From contig CAVPQB010000004.1 in the NCBI GenBank assembly GCA_963707505.1, positions 64,001 to 128,000 of the forward strand: 64,000 nt of DNA, given 5' to 3'. This document shows positions 38,587-48,631 of the stretch, in pieces. Each line of letters opens with the position of its first letter. The first letter of the stretch is position 1. Both the position numbers and the translations under genes were made by a program. Under the pieces are notes generated by a model. The model was given only the letters and a program-made list of their open reading frames with translations, did no database searches and had not been told where the DNA came from. This DNA comes from an uncultured Gemmatimonadales bacterium (GTDB lineage: Bacteria > Gemmatimonadota > Gemmatimonadetes > Gemmatimonadales > Gemmatimonadaceae).

Positions 38587-41112
38587 TTACGCTGGTTTTT
38601 CGATGTAGGTTGGGCGCAGACGATGCTCGCGTGTGCCGTCACCCAACTGTCCATCCAGGTTGTAACCCCAACAGAAGAGATCGCCCGGCTCCGTCGTGCC
38701 GCATGTGTGTGATCCAAAGGAATTCACGGTCCTGAATTCGTGACCACCGGAAACCGGCACTGGTATCGTGCGAGTGATTGTTGAACCGTCGCCAAGCTGG
38801 CCGTAAGTGTTGCGGCCCCAGCACCATGCATCGCCGCCCCGCGTCAATGCGCAGGTGTGTACGCTTCCCGCCGACAACGCAACGAAGCGCGCATTGCCGC
38901 TCACTTCGGTCGGAGTAAAGTGCGTGCCGTGCGTGCCATCGCCCAGCTGGCCGTACTGATTGTCGCCCCAGCAATACGCGGCGCCGCTGCTCGTGGTGCC
39001 GCAGGTGTGCGCGCTTCCCGCGCTCAGAGTCGTGAACCGCACGTCGCTTCGCACCGGCGTCGGAGTGGAGTGGTCGCCGATCGTGCCGTCACCCAGTTGT
39101 CCGGAGTCGTTCGCGCCCCAGCAGTACGCGCGTCCGGCATCTGTCAATCCGCAGACGTGGTTCCATCCAGCCGCGAGCATCGCGAACGAAACGTTCGTGG
39201 AAACCTTCTCGGGCGTGATTCGCTCGCTCGCCGCTCCATCGCCGATCTGACCGCGGTTTCCCGCGCCCCAGCAATATGCAGTGCCATCGCTCGCCAGACC
39301 GCAGCTGAATCCCGATCCACTCACGACCGACGTCAGCGAACGCGCCAGTGCGACCCGCATCGGTGTGTCATGCGACGCGTGGGTGCCGTCGCCGAGTTGC
39401 CCGTGGTCGTTGTTACCCCAGCAGTAAACCGTGCCGCGTGCAAGCGCGCACGTGTGCGACAGACCGGCGGAGATGCTGGAGAAGTGCATGCTGCCAGTAA
39501 CCGCAGTCGGCGTTGGTGCTGCGCCCTGTGACGTACCCGTGCCAAGCTGACCGCTGCTGTTGGCGCCCCAGCAGTATGTACCACCCGCCAACGCAATGAG
39601 ACAGGTGTGTGCACCACCAGCGGCGATCGTCGAGCGGCCACTCGCCACTACCATCAGCGGCGCGGGGGCCGCGGGAAGCGGCATCGTCGTCGGTACGTTC
39701 GTCTGCGCCGCGGATTCCGGCAGTGTTGCGCCTGTTATTGCGCCTGCCGCTCCGCCCTTTGGTGCAGCAAGCGGTTTAGTCGATTTGAGCGCGCTCGAGT
39801 CGTGCGCAGCCGTGGCTGCAGGCGCGGCTGCAAGCGCGGCTGCGGCTGTGCCTGAATCGGCGCTGGTTGCAGATGGATCGGTCGTCGATTGTGCTGCGCC
39901 GGCCGCAGGTACGATTCCGGCGCCGGCGGAGTCGTACCTGCCGTAGTTGCTCACCGGTGAATGAGGCACGGCAGCGACGGCAGCACGCTTCACGTTCGGC
40001 GTGGTGTGCGTCGTAGCGTTACTTCCACCGCTGATGAGCGGCCCCCAGTTCGACACGGGCCACGCAAACAGCAACGTCGCGCTCACGAGTGCCGCGCCGA
40101 TCGCCGCAAATGGTGCAACGCGACGGATCCTGCTGCGAACCTGACGGGCCGGCGAGATCGCCATGGCGATGGTCTCGTCCGGTGCGGGTCCGGCGAATTC
40201 ACGCCTGCGCCGAATCGGTGCATCGGATATCAGCTCGTGCCGGAACTGCTCGGCGGACTGCCACCGGTCGGCCGGAGACTTCTCGAGCAGCCGCTCGATC
40301 GCTGCGACCAGCCGCACAGGCGTTTCTGGTCGCAGCGCGTCGATCGCCGCGAGCTGGTCGTGCTTCTGATGATAGATGACGTTGTACAACGTCTCGCCGT
40401 CCCACGGTCTCCGGCCAGTCAGTATCTCCCAGCCGACAAGTCCGAGACTGTAGAGATCGCTGCGCGCATCGGCGAGCGATCCGTCGATCTGCTCCGGCGC
40501 CATGTAGGTCGGCGTTCCGATCGCCACGCCGGCGAGCGTCAGTTGCTGCGTGTCGTTGCTGACCGAGCGCGCGATGCCGAAATCGGCGAGCAGCGCGCGG
40601 CCCGATGATTCGTCGATGAAGATGTTCTCGGGCTTGACGTCGCGGTGCACGATGCCACGCTCGTGCGCGAAGCTCAGTGCAGCGGCAATGTCGCTGAGTA
40701 TGCACGTCGCCTGATCGAATGCGATCTTCGGCCCATCGCGCAACATCTGCTTGAGCGTTCGGCCCGGCACGTGATCCATCACCAGTCCGAACCCCACGGC
40801 TTCGATCCATCGCACGGAGTGTGTCGCAACGATGTTGGGATGTTGCAGCTGCGCAACGAGACGCGCCTCGCGATCGAAGCGCGCAAGCGCCTCCTCATCG
40901 TCGAGGTGTTTCGTGTGAATCACCTTGACTGCGCGCTCGATTCCTGTTGCACGCTCGCGCATCAGATAGACGATCGCCATGCCGCCGCGGCCGATCTCAC
41001 GAATCAGCTCGTACGAATCGCTGAACGGAGCCGCACCAGCCAGCTCCGGCGGCGGATTCAGCGGCGGATGCAGCGGTGACTGCGCGAGGCTATCTGAGAA
41101 CGTCATGTCCAT
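38587..41112 (-). CDS. Hanks-type Ser/Thr kinase with TM and extracytoplasmic 7-repeat RCC1/BLIP-II propeller
   Basis: GRGGMAIVY, AVK, HRDVKPEN, DFG, GTPTYMAPE; TM FAAIGAALVSATLLFAW; seven AG..HTC....G..YCWG.N..GQLG repeats. Confidence 0.93.
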   Translation of the reverse strand: MDMTFSDSLAQSPLHPPLNPPPELAGAAPFSDSYELIREIGRGGMAIVYLMRERATGIERAVKVIHTKHLDDEEALARFDREARLVAQLQHPNIVATHSVRWIEAVGFGLVMDHVPGRTLKQMLRDGPKIAFDQATCILSDIAAALSFAHERGIVHRDVKPENIFIDESSGRALLADFGIARSVSNDTQQLTLAGVAIGTPTYMAPEQIDGSLADARSDLYSLGLVGWEILTGRRPWDGETLYNVIYHQKHDQLAAIDALRPETPVRLVAAIERLLEKSPADRWQSAEQFRHELISDAPIRRRREFAGPAPDETIAMAISPARQVRSRIRRVAPFAAIGAALVSATLLFAWPVSNWGPLISGGSNATTHTTPNVKRAAVAAVPHSPVSNYGRYDSAGAGIVPAAGAAQSTTDPSATSADSGTAAAALAAAPAATAAHDSSALKSTKPLAAPKGGAAGAITGATLPESAAQTNVPTTMPLPAAPAPLMVVASGRSTIAAGGAHTCLIALAGGTYCWGANSSGQLGTGTSQGAAPTPTAVTGSMHFSSISAGLSHTCALARGTVYCWGNNDHGQLGDGTHASHDTPMRVALARSLTSVVSGSGFSCGLASDGTAYCWGAGNRGQIGDGAASERITPEKVSTNVSFAMLAAGWNHVCGLTDAGRAYCWGANDSGQLGDGTIGDHSTPTPVRSDVRFTTLSAGSAHTCGTTSSGAAYCWGDNQYGQLGDGTHGTHFTPTEVSGNARFVALSAGSVHTCALTRGGDAWCWGRNTYGQLGDGSTITRTIPVPVSGGHEFRTVNSFGSHTCGTTEPGDLFCWGYNLDGQLGDGTREHRLRPTYIEKPA

Positions 41113-41124
41113 CGTGCGTGACCG

Positions 41125-41925
41125 TCAGCTCGCGAGGAAGCGCAGAGCCACTTCACCGAGCTCGATGCAGTCACCGTTGGAGAGTTTCCGCGCGGTGCCT
41201 CCATTGAGCAGGGCCCGATTGTTCACAAGTACAGGATTGGTCGTCGACAGGTTCGTTATCGTCCAGTGCCCATCCACGAAATCCATGCGTGCATGGCGAC
41301 GGCTGACGGTAGGTGCCTCGAGCGTGATGTGGCGGTACGGCGGACCCGTCTCGCGTCCTACCACGATGTGCGGCGCCTCACCGATCCTGCTCACCAGCCG
41401 AAAATCCTTTCCGGCAGCCTCGCCGGAGAGGACGTGGAGCCGGCCGGGCAGGATCTGGACAGCCTCATCCATTGGTCTGTGGAAGACGACCGTAGCGTCG
41501 GGTGACGGCTCGTCCATCTCATCGGCTTGCTCGATGCCACCCCGCACGTCGGCCAACGGCGCGACGCGAATCGGCTCTACGGGAAGTTCGAAAGCAGGCG
41601 CCGGGGGCCGTTCGTCGGCCGTCCTCTCACCCACCGTCGGGTAGTCGACGTAGTTGTCGAACGATCGTTCGAATGATTCCTCGTCCATTTCAGCCGGTTC
41701 TTCGACTGGCGGACGCATGGGGGCGCGGGCCCGCCGCGGAGCGGCACCAGCAGGCTGGATGTCGGACGCGCCCGGCGAGGTCGGAATTATCAAGAATGGA
41801 AGGGGCGGCTCGCTATACTGCCTGCGCTTCGCGACAGAGCGGTGGAATAGAAGATCGCGGTTCACCACGACCACCGGTCCGACAACGAAGAGAAGGAGAG
41901 CTACAATTACCAGTGCGATGTCCAT
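41125..41925 (-). CDS. Membrane-anchored FHA-domain protein
   Basis: N-terminal TM; acidic/Pro-rich linker; VVGR...VSRRHARM...NLSTTNPVLVN. Confidence 0.9.
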   Translation of the reverse strand: MDIALVIVALLLFVVGPVVVVNRDLLFHRSVAKRRQYSEPPLPFLIIPTSPGASDIQPAGAAPRRARAPMRPPVEEPAEMDEESFERSFDNYVDYPTVGERTADERPPAPAFELPVEPIRVAPLADVRGGIEQADEMDEPSPDATVVFHRPMDEAVQILPGRLHVLSGEAAGKDFRLVSRIGEAPHIVVGRETGPPYRHITLEAPTVSRRHARMDFVDGHWTITNLSTTNPVLVNNRALLNGGTARKLSNGDCIELGEVALRFLAS

Positions 41926-41957
41926 CTGAGCAGTAGTGGAAATCAGAACCCGGACTT

Positions 41958-41973
41958 CGCCGGCTGCGTGCCA
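41958..41973 (-). promoter_or_regulatory. Weak sigma-54 promoter candidate for the FHA-kinase operon
   Basis: TGGCACGCAGCCGGCG: perfect -24 box and correct GG-N10-GC spacing, poor -12 context; 33 nt upstream of the ATG. Confidence 0.35.
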
Positions 41974-42337
41974 GCCAGCGCCACCTGCAATCCGATCGAC
42001 CCGATTCCTGGGTCCAACATCGGATCACACTACGTCGCCGCAAGGTACGCCAGCCTCTCCGCGGTGATAACCTCACGCGGCGGCCCGATCTCTCTGTATA
42101 CCGCACAAGCCGGGCCTATGTTGCCTCCCTGGAAGATAAGGGTTGGCCGGCGGGACCGTGAGGACTTCCATTCAGCAAGGGGGGGCTGGCCGGTCGCAAA
42201 ACGCCGGCAAATCGCCGCCAGGGCCCTGTAGCGCGAGGGGCTCGTCGCCCCGCGGGTGTTGTCACGCACCGGCTGCCGACATCGTAATCCACCGCGGAAG
42301 CGGGGATTCACGGATGGTGGCTGATTCAACAGTCGCG

Positions 42338-42406
42338 TTGCAGGTGTCACCGCTGGTGGGTGAACGACCGGTCTCCTGATTTTTCAGTAACCGGTGACAC
42401 CTGCAA
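42338..42406. repeat. 15-bp perfect inverted repeat with 39-nt spacer
   Basis: ttgcaggtgtcaccg ... cggtgacacctgcaa. Confidence 0.7.
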
Positions 42407-42428
42407 AACTCACACGCCAATGCCTTTG

Positions 42429-42472
42429 CGCCTCGGCCAGTACCACCGCGCGCGGGGGTACTGGCCGAGGCG
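42429..42472 (-). terminator. Strong hairpin downstream of the S9 peptidase
   Basis: cgcctcggccagtacc / ggtactggccgaggcg, a 16-bp stem; no clear U-tract. Confidence 0.55.
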
Positions 42473-42496
42473 TTAGCTCCTGCGTTATCTCCTGCG

Positions 42497-44863
42497 TTAT
42501 CTCCTGCGCGCCGCTCCCGCCGCCGGCGTAGCTATCTCGTATTCCTTCGGCGGCTCGGCGCCCATCAGATAGCGCACGAAGTAATCCCAGCGACGACGCA
42601 TCATGTAATCCGACGCCGCACCGTAGCCGTGGTGGGCGTTCGGGATGATTATCTCGTCGAAGTCCTTGTTCGCCTTGATGAGCGCATCCACCACGAGCAT
42701 GGTGTTGGACGGCGGAACGTTGTCGTCCATCGATCCGTGCGCGAGCAGCAGATGTCCCTTCAGATTCTTCGCTACGCTCTCGTTCGATTCGGCGGTGTAG
42801 TTATCGGTGCCATCGGCATTCTTCACCAACAGGCCCTGATAACGCTCGCCCCAATCGTCTTCGTAATTACGCTGATCGTGATTGCCCGACTCGGAGATCC
42901 CGACCTTGAAGAAATCCGGATAGCGGAACATCGCATCGGCGGTGGCGAAGCCGCCGCCAGAGTGACCGTAGATTCCTGCACGATCGATGTCGATCCACGA
43001 ATAACGTGATGCAAGCTCCTTCATCGCCGCGACCTGATCGGGCAGCGTGTTGTCGCGCCCCATCGCACCGTAGTAGGCGTCGTGGAAGCTCTTCGATCTG
43101 TCCGGCGTTCCCATTCCATCCACGGTTACCACGACGAAGCCAAGCTCCGCGAGCGCCTGTCGGTCGCTGCGCGCGGGCGAGAAGCTGCGCGATCCCACGC
43201 TGCCCGACTGCGGACCGGGATACGGGTTGTTGATGATGGGATATTTCCTCGTCGAATCGAAGTTGGTGGGACGGAACATCAGCCCATACAACTTTGTCTT
43301 GCCATCGTGTGCCGTTACCGAGAATGGAATCGGTGGCTTCCATCCGCTCGCGACGAGCTTCGAGATGTCCATGTGTCCGAGCTGCATCACGACGCGACCT
43401 GTTGCATCGCGCAGCACGACGGTTGGCGGAACGTCAGGCTTGGAGTACGTATCGACGAAGTAGCGTCCGTCGGATGATACCTGAATCGTATGGTCGCCAC
43501 TCTCGGGCGTCAGCTCCTTCCATCCCTTTCCGTCGAGCCCGACGCGATAGTAGTGCCTGAAGTACGGATCTTCCGCTGGATTGCGACCCAGCGCACCGAC
43601 GATGAGCGAGCGGCCCGTTTCGTCGACGTGCGCGATCTGCGTCACGGGACCTTCGCCGGTCGTGATCTTGTTGATGAGCTTGCCGGTATTGAGATCGTAC
43701 AGATACAGTTGCGCCCAGTTGTCGCGCTCGGACGACCAGATGATCTGATGCGCCGGCCAGATGATGCGCCATCCTGCAATCGACTCGAACTGCGTCGGTG
43801 AGCTTTCCTCGAACAGCGTGCGAACAGTGCCGGTGTTCGCGTCGGCCAGCTTGACCGTTTCATGCTTGTGGTCGCGCGATGTGTTCACGTACGCGAGCTG
43901 TGATCCATCCGGACTCCAGATGAGATCGGCCATGTTTATGTTGTCGCCCAGCATTGCGCGGTGATAGGCCGGCGCATCCTGGAGACGAATCACTTTCGCG
44001 TTGTCGACGTCGATTACCACGCGCGAGATCATCGAGATGACGCTGTCGCCTGGATACGCACCCTTCCAGTGCTCGAGGTGCGAGTGACCGACGCGCGTAT
44101 CGATGAGATACATATCACCGACCGGGCGATCGTCCTGTTGTTGTGTTGCGATCTTTTTCGAGTCGGGCGACCACAGCACGATCGGGCGATCGCTGTGGAC
44201 CCATCCCGCGTTGTCAGTTGCGTAGCCGAAGTTTTCCTTGCCGTCGGTGGTCAACTGCTTCTCGCGGCCGGTTGCGACGTCGCGAACCCAGAGGTTCCAG
44301 TCGCGAATGAACGCGACGCTCTTTCCGTCCGGTGACATTCCCGGCGGTGGCCCGAATGGACCGGGCCGCGGAGTGGTGTCGTTCACAGGGTTGCAGGTGC
44401 CGCCTCCCACATCGCAGCTCCAGCGTCGCCGTCCGATGTCGAGGACCACGTGCTTTCCGTCGGCGGAGAGCTCAGCGCGTTGCGCGGGGATGTTGCGCGG
44501 GTCGATCGTGCCTGCACCAGCGTGGGTCAGTGCCTGCGCGACTTCCGGAGCCTTGAAGAGCGGAGTGCTGGTCTTCCTTGCCGGATCGACGACTACCCAT
44601 TCGGCGCCAGTTGGAGTGGTGTTCTGATAGTAGAACCGATCGCCAGGCAACCAGGTGGCGCGGACGGCGCCGCCGCTCACGAGCGGATTCAGGTTTGGCG
44701 CGAGCATCTTGACGGCGCGGTCATAGTCGGCCGTGGTGAGCACGCGCTGTTGAGCGTGGATCGCAGGCGCGGCCGCGATGAGGGCGCCAGCGAGGGCGAC
44801 GCCGAGGTGGCCGCGGTAGTTGGTGCGGGAGCTGGTTGGAACGTGGGTGCTTCGGGTGTGCAT
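42497..44863 (-). CDS. S9 family peptidase (dipeptidyl peptidase IV-like), exported
   Basis: Signal peptide; DPPIV_N propeller (WSPD repeats); YPGPQ, GHSGGG nucleophile elbow, HGSMDDNV, HGY. Confidence 0.93.
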   Translation of the reverse strand: MHTRSTHVPTSSRTNYRGHLGVALAGALIAAAPAIHAQQRVLTTADYDRAVKMLAPNLNPLVSGGAVRATWLPGDRFYYQNTTPTGAEWVVVDPARKTSTPLFKAPEVAQALTHAGAGTIDPRNIPAQRAELSADGKHVVLDIGRRRWSCDVGGGTCNPVNDTTPRPGPFGPPPGMSPDGKSVAFIRDWNLWVRDVATGREKQLTTDGKENFGYATDNAGWVHSDRPIVLWSPDSKKIATQQQDDRPVGDMYLIDTRVGHSHLEHWKGAYPGDSVISMISRVVIDVDNAKVIRLQDAPAYHRAMLGDNINMADLIWSPDGSQLAYVNTSRDHKHETVKLADANTGTVRTLFEESSPTQFESIAGWRIIWPAHQIIWSSERDNWAQLYLYDLNTGKLINKITTGEGPVTQIAHVDETGRSLIVGALGRNPAEDPYFRHYYRVGLDGKGWKELTPESGDHTIQVSSDGRYFVDTYSKPDVPPTVVLRDATGRVVMQLGHMDISKLVASGWKPPIPFSVTAHDGKTKLYGLMFRPTNFDSTRKYPIINNPYPGPQSGSVGSRSFSPARSDRQALAELGFVVVTVDGMGTPDRSKSFHDAYYGAMGRDNTLPDQVAAMKELASRYSWIDIDRAGIYGHSGGGFATADAMFRYPDFFKVGISESGNHDQRNYEDDWGERYQGLLVKNADGTDNYTAESNESVAKNLKGHLLLAHGSMDDNVPPSNTMLVVDALIKANKDFDEIIIPNAHHGYGAASDYMMRRRWDYFVRYLMGAEPPKEYEIATPAAGAARRR

Positions 44864-45063
44864 TGTCGTACGGGTAAGTGGGAGTCCGCCAGTGCAGCGT
44901 TTGGTGCGGCGAGTGCGGTACAAGGAGTACGGGCTGCTACGCAAGCAGGTTGTAAGAATCACGTGGATATACAGGCATCGGGCGATGTCTGCCAGTGCCT
45001 TCATCTGTACGTTGTCCGACAGACGCCGCGAGCGCGGCGGCCGGCAGGGCGGAGAAGGCGTGC

Positions 45064-45092
45064 TTGACAATGCATGTTATAACATGTATTAT
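45064..45092 (+). promoter_or_regulatory. Sigma-70 promoter with palindromic operator (leaderless MarR transcript likely)
   Basis: TTGACA-N17-TATTAT ending just before ATG 45098; the spacer contains CATGTTATAACATG. Confidence 0.8.
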
Positions 45093-45097
45093 GCGTC

Positions 45098-45565
45098 ATG
45101 ACTCGCACGCTGCAGGAGGAGATTCGCCAGACCAGGCCGTTTCCGTCAAAGACGGCCGAGGCTCTCCTGTCCATACTCCGAACGGCGACCGTTATCGACC
45201 ACGAGCAGAACGAGGCTCTCCGGCCGCATGGGATAACACACACGCAGTACAACGTTCTTCGCATTCTTCAGGGTGCTGGCAAGGATGGGCTGTGCGGACG
45301 GGAGATAGCGGACCGGCTCATTTCGAAGGTCCCTGACGTTTCGCGCCTGCTCGACAGGATGGACGACATGGAGCTTGTGAGCCGAGTGCGCGATGCGGCT
45401 GACCGCCGGCACGTGACGGCGCGGATCACGCAGAAAGGCCGCCGTCTGCTCGTGCAGGCAACGCCCGACCTCGAGCTGATCGAGCGCAAGCGGTGCAGGC
45501 ATCTGGACCCGCGCGCGGTTGCGTCGCTGGTCAGCACGCTTGCCGAGATAAGAGAGCAGGTCTGA
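45098..45565 (+). CDS. MarR-family transcriptional regulator
   Basis: ITHTQYNVLRIL...PDVSRLLDRM...DRRHVTARIT.KG. Confidence 0.93.
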   Translation: MTRTLQEEIRQTRPFPSKTAEALLSILRTATVIDHEQNEALRPHGITHTQYNVLRILQGAGKDGLCGREIADRLISKVPDVSRLLDRMDDMELVSRVRDAADRRHVTARITQKGRRLLVQATPDLELIERKRCRHLDPRAVASLVSTLAEIREQV

Positions 45566-45585
45566 GTTTTTTTTGCAATAATAGA

Positions 45586-45595
45586 TGTTATAACA
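45586..45595. promoter_or_regulatory. Second copy of the TGTTATAACA operator, upstream of DoxX
   Basis: Same 10-bp palindromic core as in the marR promoter; TTGCAA at 45573. Confidence 0.7.
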
Positions 45596-45654
45596 ACTAC
45601 TGTCATACCACGCACTTCGGAATACACCTCACAAACATTTTACCAACTACTCAA

Positions 45655-46179
45655 ATGACAACACCATTCATTGACATCGCGACTGCCAGCCTGGGGCTGC
45701 TGATCGTACGTATCACGCTCGGACTGCTGATGGCGGCGCACGGCAGCCAGAAGCTGCTCGGCTGGTTCGGCGGACATGGACTCGCAGGGACTGCGGGATT
45801 CTTCGATTCCCTCGGCTTCCGTCCGGGCAGGTTCTTCGCGACCCTTGCATCGGCTACTGAGGTGACAAGCGGACTTCTGCTCGCTCTTGGATTTCTCGGA
45901 CCGGTTGGTCCGGCTCTCATGATATCGGTGATGATCGTCGCCGCGGTGAGCATGCACTGGAAGAACGGTGTGTTCGCGGCGAACGGCGGCATCGAGGTGC
46001 CGTTGCTTTATGGCGTGGTCGCTGCCGGTTTGTTGCTTACAGGGCCGGGTCAGTACTCGCTCGATGCAGCGCTGGGGCTTGGGGTATTGGCGACGCCGAT
46101 GCTGGCGTGGGCCGCGCTCGCGGTCGGTGTAATCGGCGGAGTCATGAATCTGTTCGCGCGCAGGCCGGTGGCGGCGTAG
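45655..46179 (+). CDS. DoxX-family membrane protein
   Basis: LIVRITLGLLMAAHGSQKLLGWFGG, GGIEVP, TGPGQYSLD. Confidence 0.92.
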   Translation: MTTPFIDIATASLGLLIVRITLGLLMAAHGSQKLLGWFGGHGLAGTAGFFDSLGFRPGRFFATLASATEVTSGLLLALGFLGPVGPALMISVMIVAAVSMHWKNGVFAANGGIEVPLLYGVVAAGLLLTGPGQYSLDAALGLGVLATPMLAWAALAVGVIGGVMNLFARRPVAA

Positions 46180-46188
46180 GTCGCCGAT

Positions 46189-46225
46189 GGCCCGTCACCC
46201 CCAGCGATAGCGGGGGTGACGGGCC
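46189..46225. terminator. Hairpin between convergent genes
   Basis: ggcccgtcaccccc / gggggtgacgggcc, a 14-bp stem. Confidence 0.65.
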
Positions 46226-46246
46226 TTCACCGGGATGAATCGTCGC

Positions 46247-48508
46247 CTATCTTCCCAATTCGGCGGTCGCTTTCGTCACCAGCGCTGCTTCGGCGTTCAA
46301 GGCGGCTGACACGCGGGCCATTTCACTGGTTGCGAGCGGCCAGTCCTTCGCTTCGATCGCTTCGCGCACGCCTGGGATGGTCTTCACTCCGTAACCTGTG
46401 TTCACTCCGGGTGCGTAGAGCAGGTGCTTGAACCATGGACGGCCCGGCAGTCCGGCATCGGACGTCAGCATGTGCTCGCTCTTTATCAACTGAGTGTTGA
46501 GCGCGGCGAAGTTCTCCGACGTGGTCGCCGCGTCCAGTGCGTGCGTGAACGTCGTGTTGTACGCGGCTGCTGCGCGCGTCAGTGCCGCGGTGGCGCTGTC
46601 GAGTGCCGAGAAGTCGAGCTTTGGAACGTCGGGTTCGATGGTCGGCGCGGCCATGGGATTGCGCGGATCTGTCGTGAGGATGAACGTGCTGTCGCGCACT
46701 TCCCGGTTGTGCTCCACCGCGTCGGCGGCCATGCCGCTCGCCAGACGCTTCAACTCGCCCACATAGCCCTGCACGGTTTCCGCGAGATCCGTATAGTCGT
46801 ACGGAATCACATCCGCGTCCGCGAGCCGCATCATCGCCGTGCCGGTGGTCTGCGCAAGCGCGCGCCCGTACACGAAGCTGGTATCGGAGAAGTGCGTGTA
46901 CCAGTAGAAATCGTCGTACGCGGAGTGATACGACCCGCGCCCGCCTTCTCCGTAAAAGCCCAGGTCCATCGATGGAATGCCGAGGTGCTGCAGGAACGTC
47001 GTGTAATCGGAGCCGGAGCCGAGTGCGCCGATCGGAAGGTCTGCGCGCTTGCGGGTCGCCTCGCGCCGTGCGGCAGGGGCGCGCATTTCTTCGGCTGCAC
47101 GCATTCTCCGTTCGAGTGTCGCGCCGGTTTCTGGATCTGTCACGTCGCGCGCTACACCATTGATGAACTTCTCGAGTATGTGTGAGCCGCTGACGCTCAG
47201 ATATCCGCGACCGCTGTTGTCGCTGTTCAGATACGCAACTGCATGCTCGCTCAGATCCGCCGCATGCGTCTCGGCCCATTCTGCCGAGCCGAGCACAGCG
47301 GGCTCTTCACCGTCCCAGGCTGCATAGATGATCGTGCGCTTGGGACTCCATCCCTGCTTCTTGAGCGCGCCGAGTGCGCGCATCTCCTCGAGCTCGGCGG
47401 CGAGACCAGAGACAGGATCGTCCGCGCCGTTGACCCACGCGTCGTGGTGATTCGCGCGGATCACCAGCTGATCCGGTTGCGTGCTGCCTGTGAGACGTCC
47501 GATGACATCGTAAACCGGCTTGATGTCCCAGTTGGATTTCACCACGAGATGAACGCGCGCGGCGCCGGGTCCGATCTTGTACGTGATTGGCAGCGCACCA
47601 CGCCAGTCGCGCGGTGCGACGTCGCCGGTGATCGCAGCGAGCAGCGGTTTCGCGTCGGCGTAGCCGATGGGAAGGACGGGAATTTTGGTGAATACCTTGA
47701 CGTCCTTGAGCGCGAGACGCTTCGCATCTTTCGTCGCACCCACGCCCGGCGTCAACGGATCACCCTGATAGAGAGTCATCTCCATCACGCTGCCGCGTTG
47801 CACACTGTACGGTGCGCGAGCAGGTCCGACGGGGAAGGTGTCGTCGTCGGTGTAACCATCGTCCGCCGGATCTGAATAGATGATGCAACCAACGGCACCA
47901 TGCTCACCGGCGATCTTCGGCTTCACCCCGCGCCACGATCTGCCGTAGCGCGCGATGACTATTGCACCTTTCACGGAGATTCCGCGTCGCGCGAGCTCAT
48001 CGTAGTCGGACGGGAGCCCATAGTTGACGTACACGAGCGGACCCGTGACGTCACCGTCGATCGAGTATGCGTTGTATGGTGGAAGCTGTTGCGACGTCTG
48101 GTATGACGTTGGATCGCGGGGCACCGGCGGCTCTGCGAGCTTCGCGACGAAACGTGTTGGCGAGATCATCTCCAGCTTGCGTTCCTTCGGAGTCGGAAAG
48201 AGCACGTCGAACTGCTCGATGTGGGCATCCCATCCGGCATCCTGGAACTGCTTCAGCAACCACTCGGCGTTGTTCTTATCATACGGCGAGCCGACGTGAT
48301 GCGGATATGCGGTCAGGCGTTTCATGTCGGCGCGCATTCTCGCGGGACTCGGCAGTGCGCGAAACTTCGTCTCCCATTCCTGCTCGACGCGCGACGACGC
48401 TGGCGTGAAGCCCAGTATGTCGCCGGATGGTGCGAGTGAGACCGGCGTAGCAGGAACGGCCGCGATCGCGCCGAGTGAGATGACGAGTGGAAGGGAAATG
48501 AATCGCAT
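46247..48508 (-). CDS. M28 peptidase, glutamate carboxypeptidase II-like (PA and TfR dimerisation domains)
   Basis: YVNYG, RYG..WRGVK, GDPLTPG, NHHDAWVNGADDP, WDGEE, GSGSDY, YHSAYD, RPWFKHLLYAP. Confidence 0.93.
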   Translation of the reverse strand: MRFISLPLVISLGAIAAVPATPVSLAPSGDILGFTPASSRVEQEWETKFRALPSPARMRADMKRLTAYPHHVGSPYDKNNAEWLLKQFQDAGWDAHIEQFDVLFPTPKERKLEMISPTRFVAKLAEPPVPRDPTSYQTSQQLPPYNAYSIDGDVTGPLVYVNYGLPSDYDELARRGISVKGAIVIARYGRSWRGVKPKIAGEHGAVGCIIYSDPADDGYTDDDTFPVGPARAPYSVQRGSVMEMTLYQGDPLTPGVGATKDAKRLALKDVKVFTKIPVLPIGYADAKPLLAAITGDVAPRDWRGALPITYKIGPGAARVHLVVKSNWDIKPVYDVIGRLTGSTQPDQLVIRANHHDAWVNGADDPVSGLAAELEEMRALGALKKQGWSPKRTIIYAAWDGEEPAVLGSAEWAETHAADLSEHAVAYLNSDNSGRGYLSVSGSHILEKFINGVARDVTDPETGATLERRMRAAEEMRAPAARREATRKRADLPIGALGSGSDYTTFLQHLGIPSMDLGFYGEGGRGSYHSAYDDFYWYTHFSDTSFVYGRALAQTTGTAMMRLADADVIPYDYTDLAETVQGYVGELKRLASGMAADAVEHNREVRDSTFILTTDPRNPMAAPTIEPDVPKLDFSALDSATAALTRAAAAYNTTFTHALDAATTSENFAALNTQLIKSEHMLTSDAGLPGRPWFKHLLYAPGVNTGYGVKTIPGVREAIEAKDWPLATSEMARVSAALNAEAALVTKATAELGR

Positions 48509-48631
48509 CGAGGCCGTGGTAGCTGTGGGCGGAGTGCTGGGAACTGGTGCCACGCCTAATATACGGTTGCTGACGACGAGTGCTGCGCATGCAGCACTCG
48601 CGGATTTCAGCGGGTGCGGCCGGGCTATGCG

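Noticed and set aside
33587..41112. Diversity-generating retroelement targeting the Ig or RCC1 domains
   Set aside because: No reverse transcriptase and no template/variable repeat pair differing at adenines.
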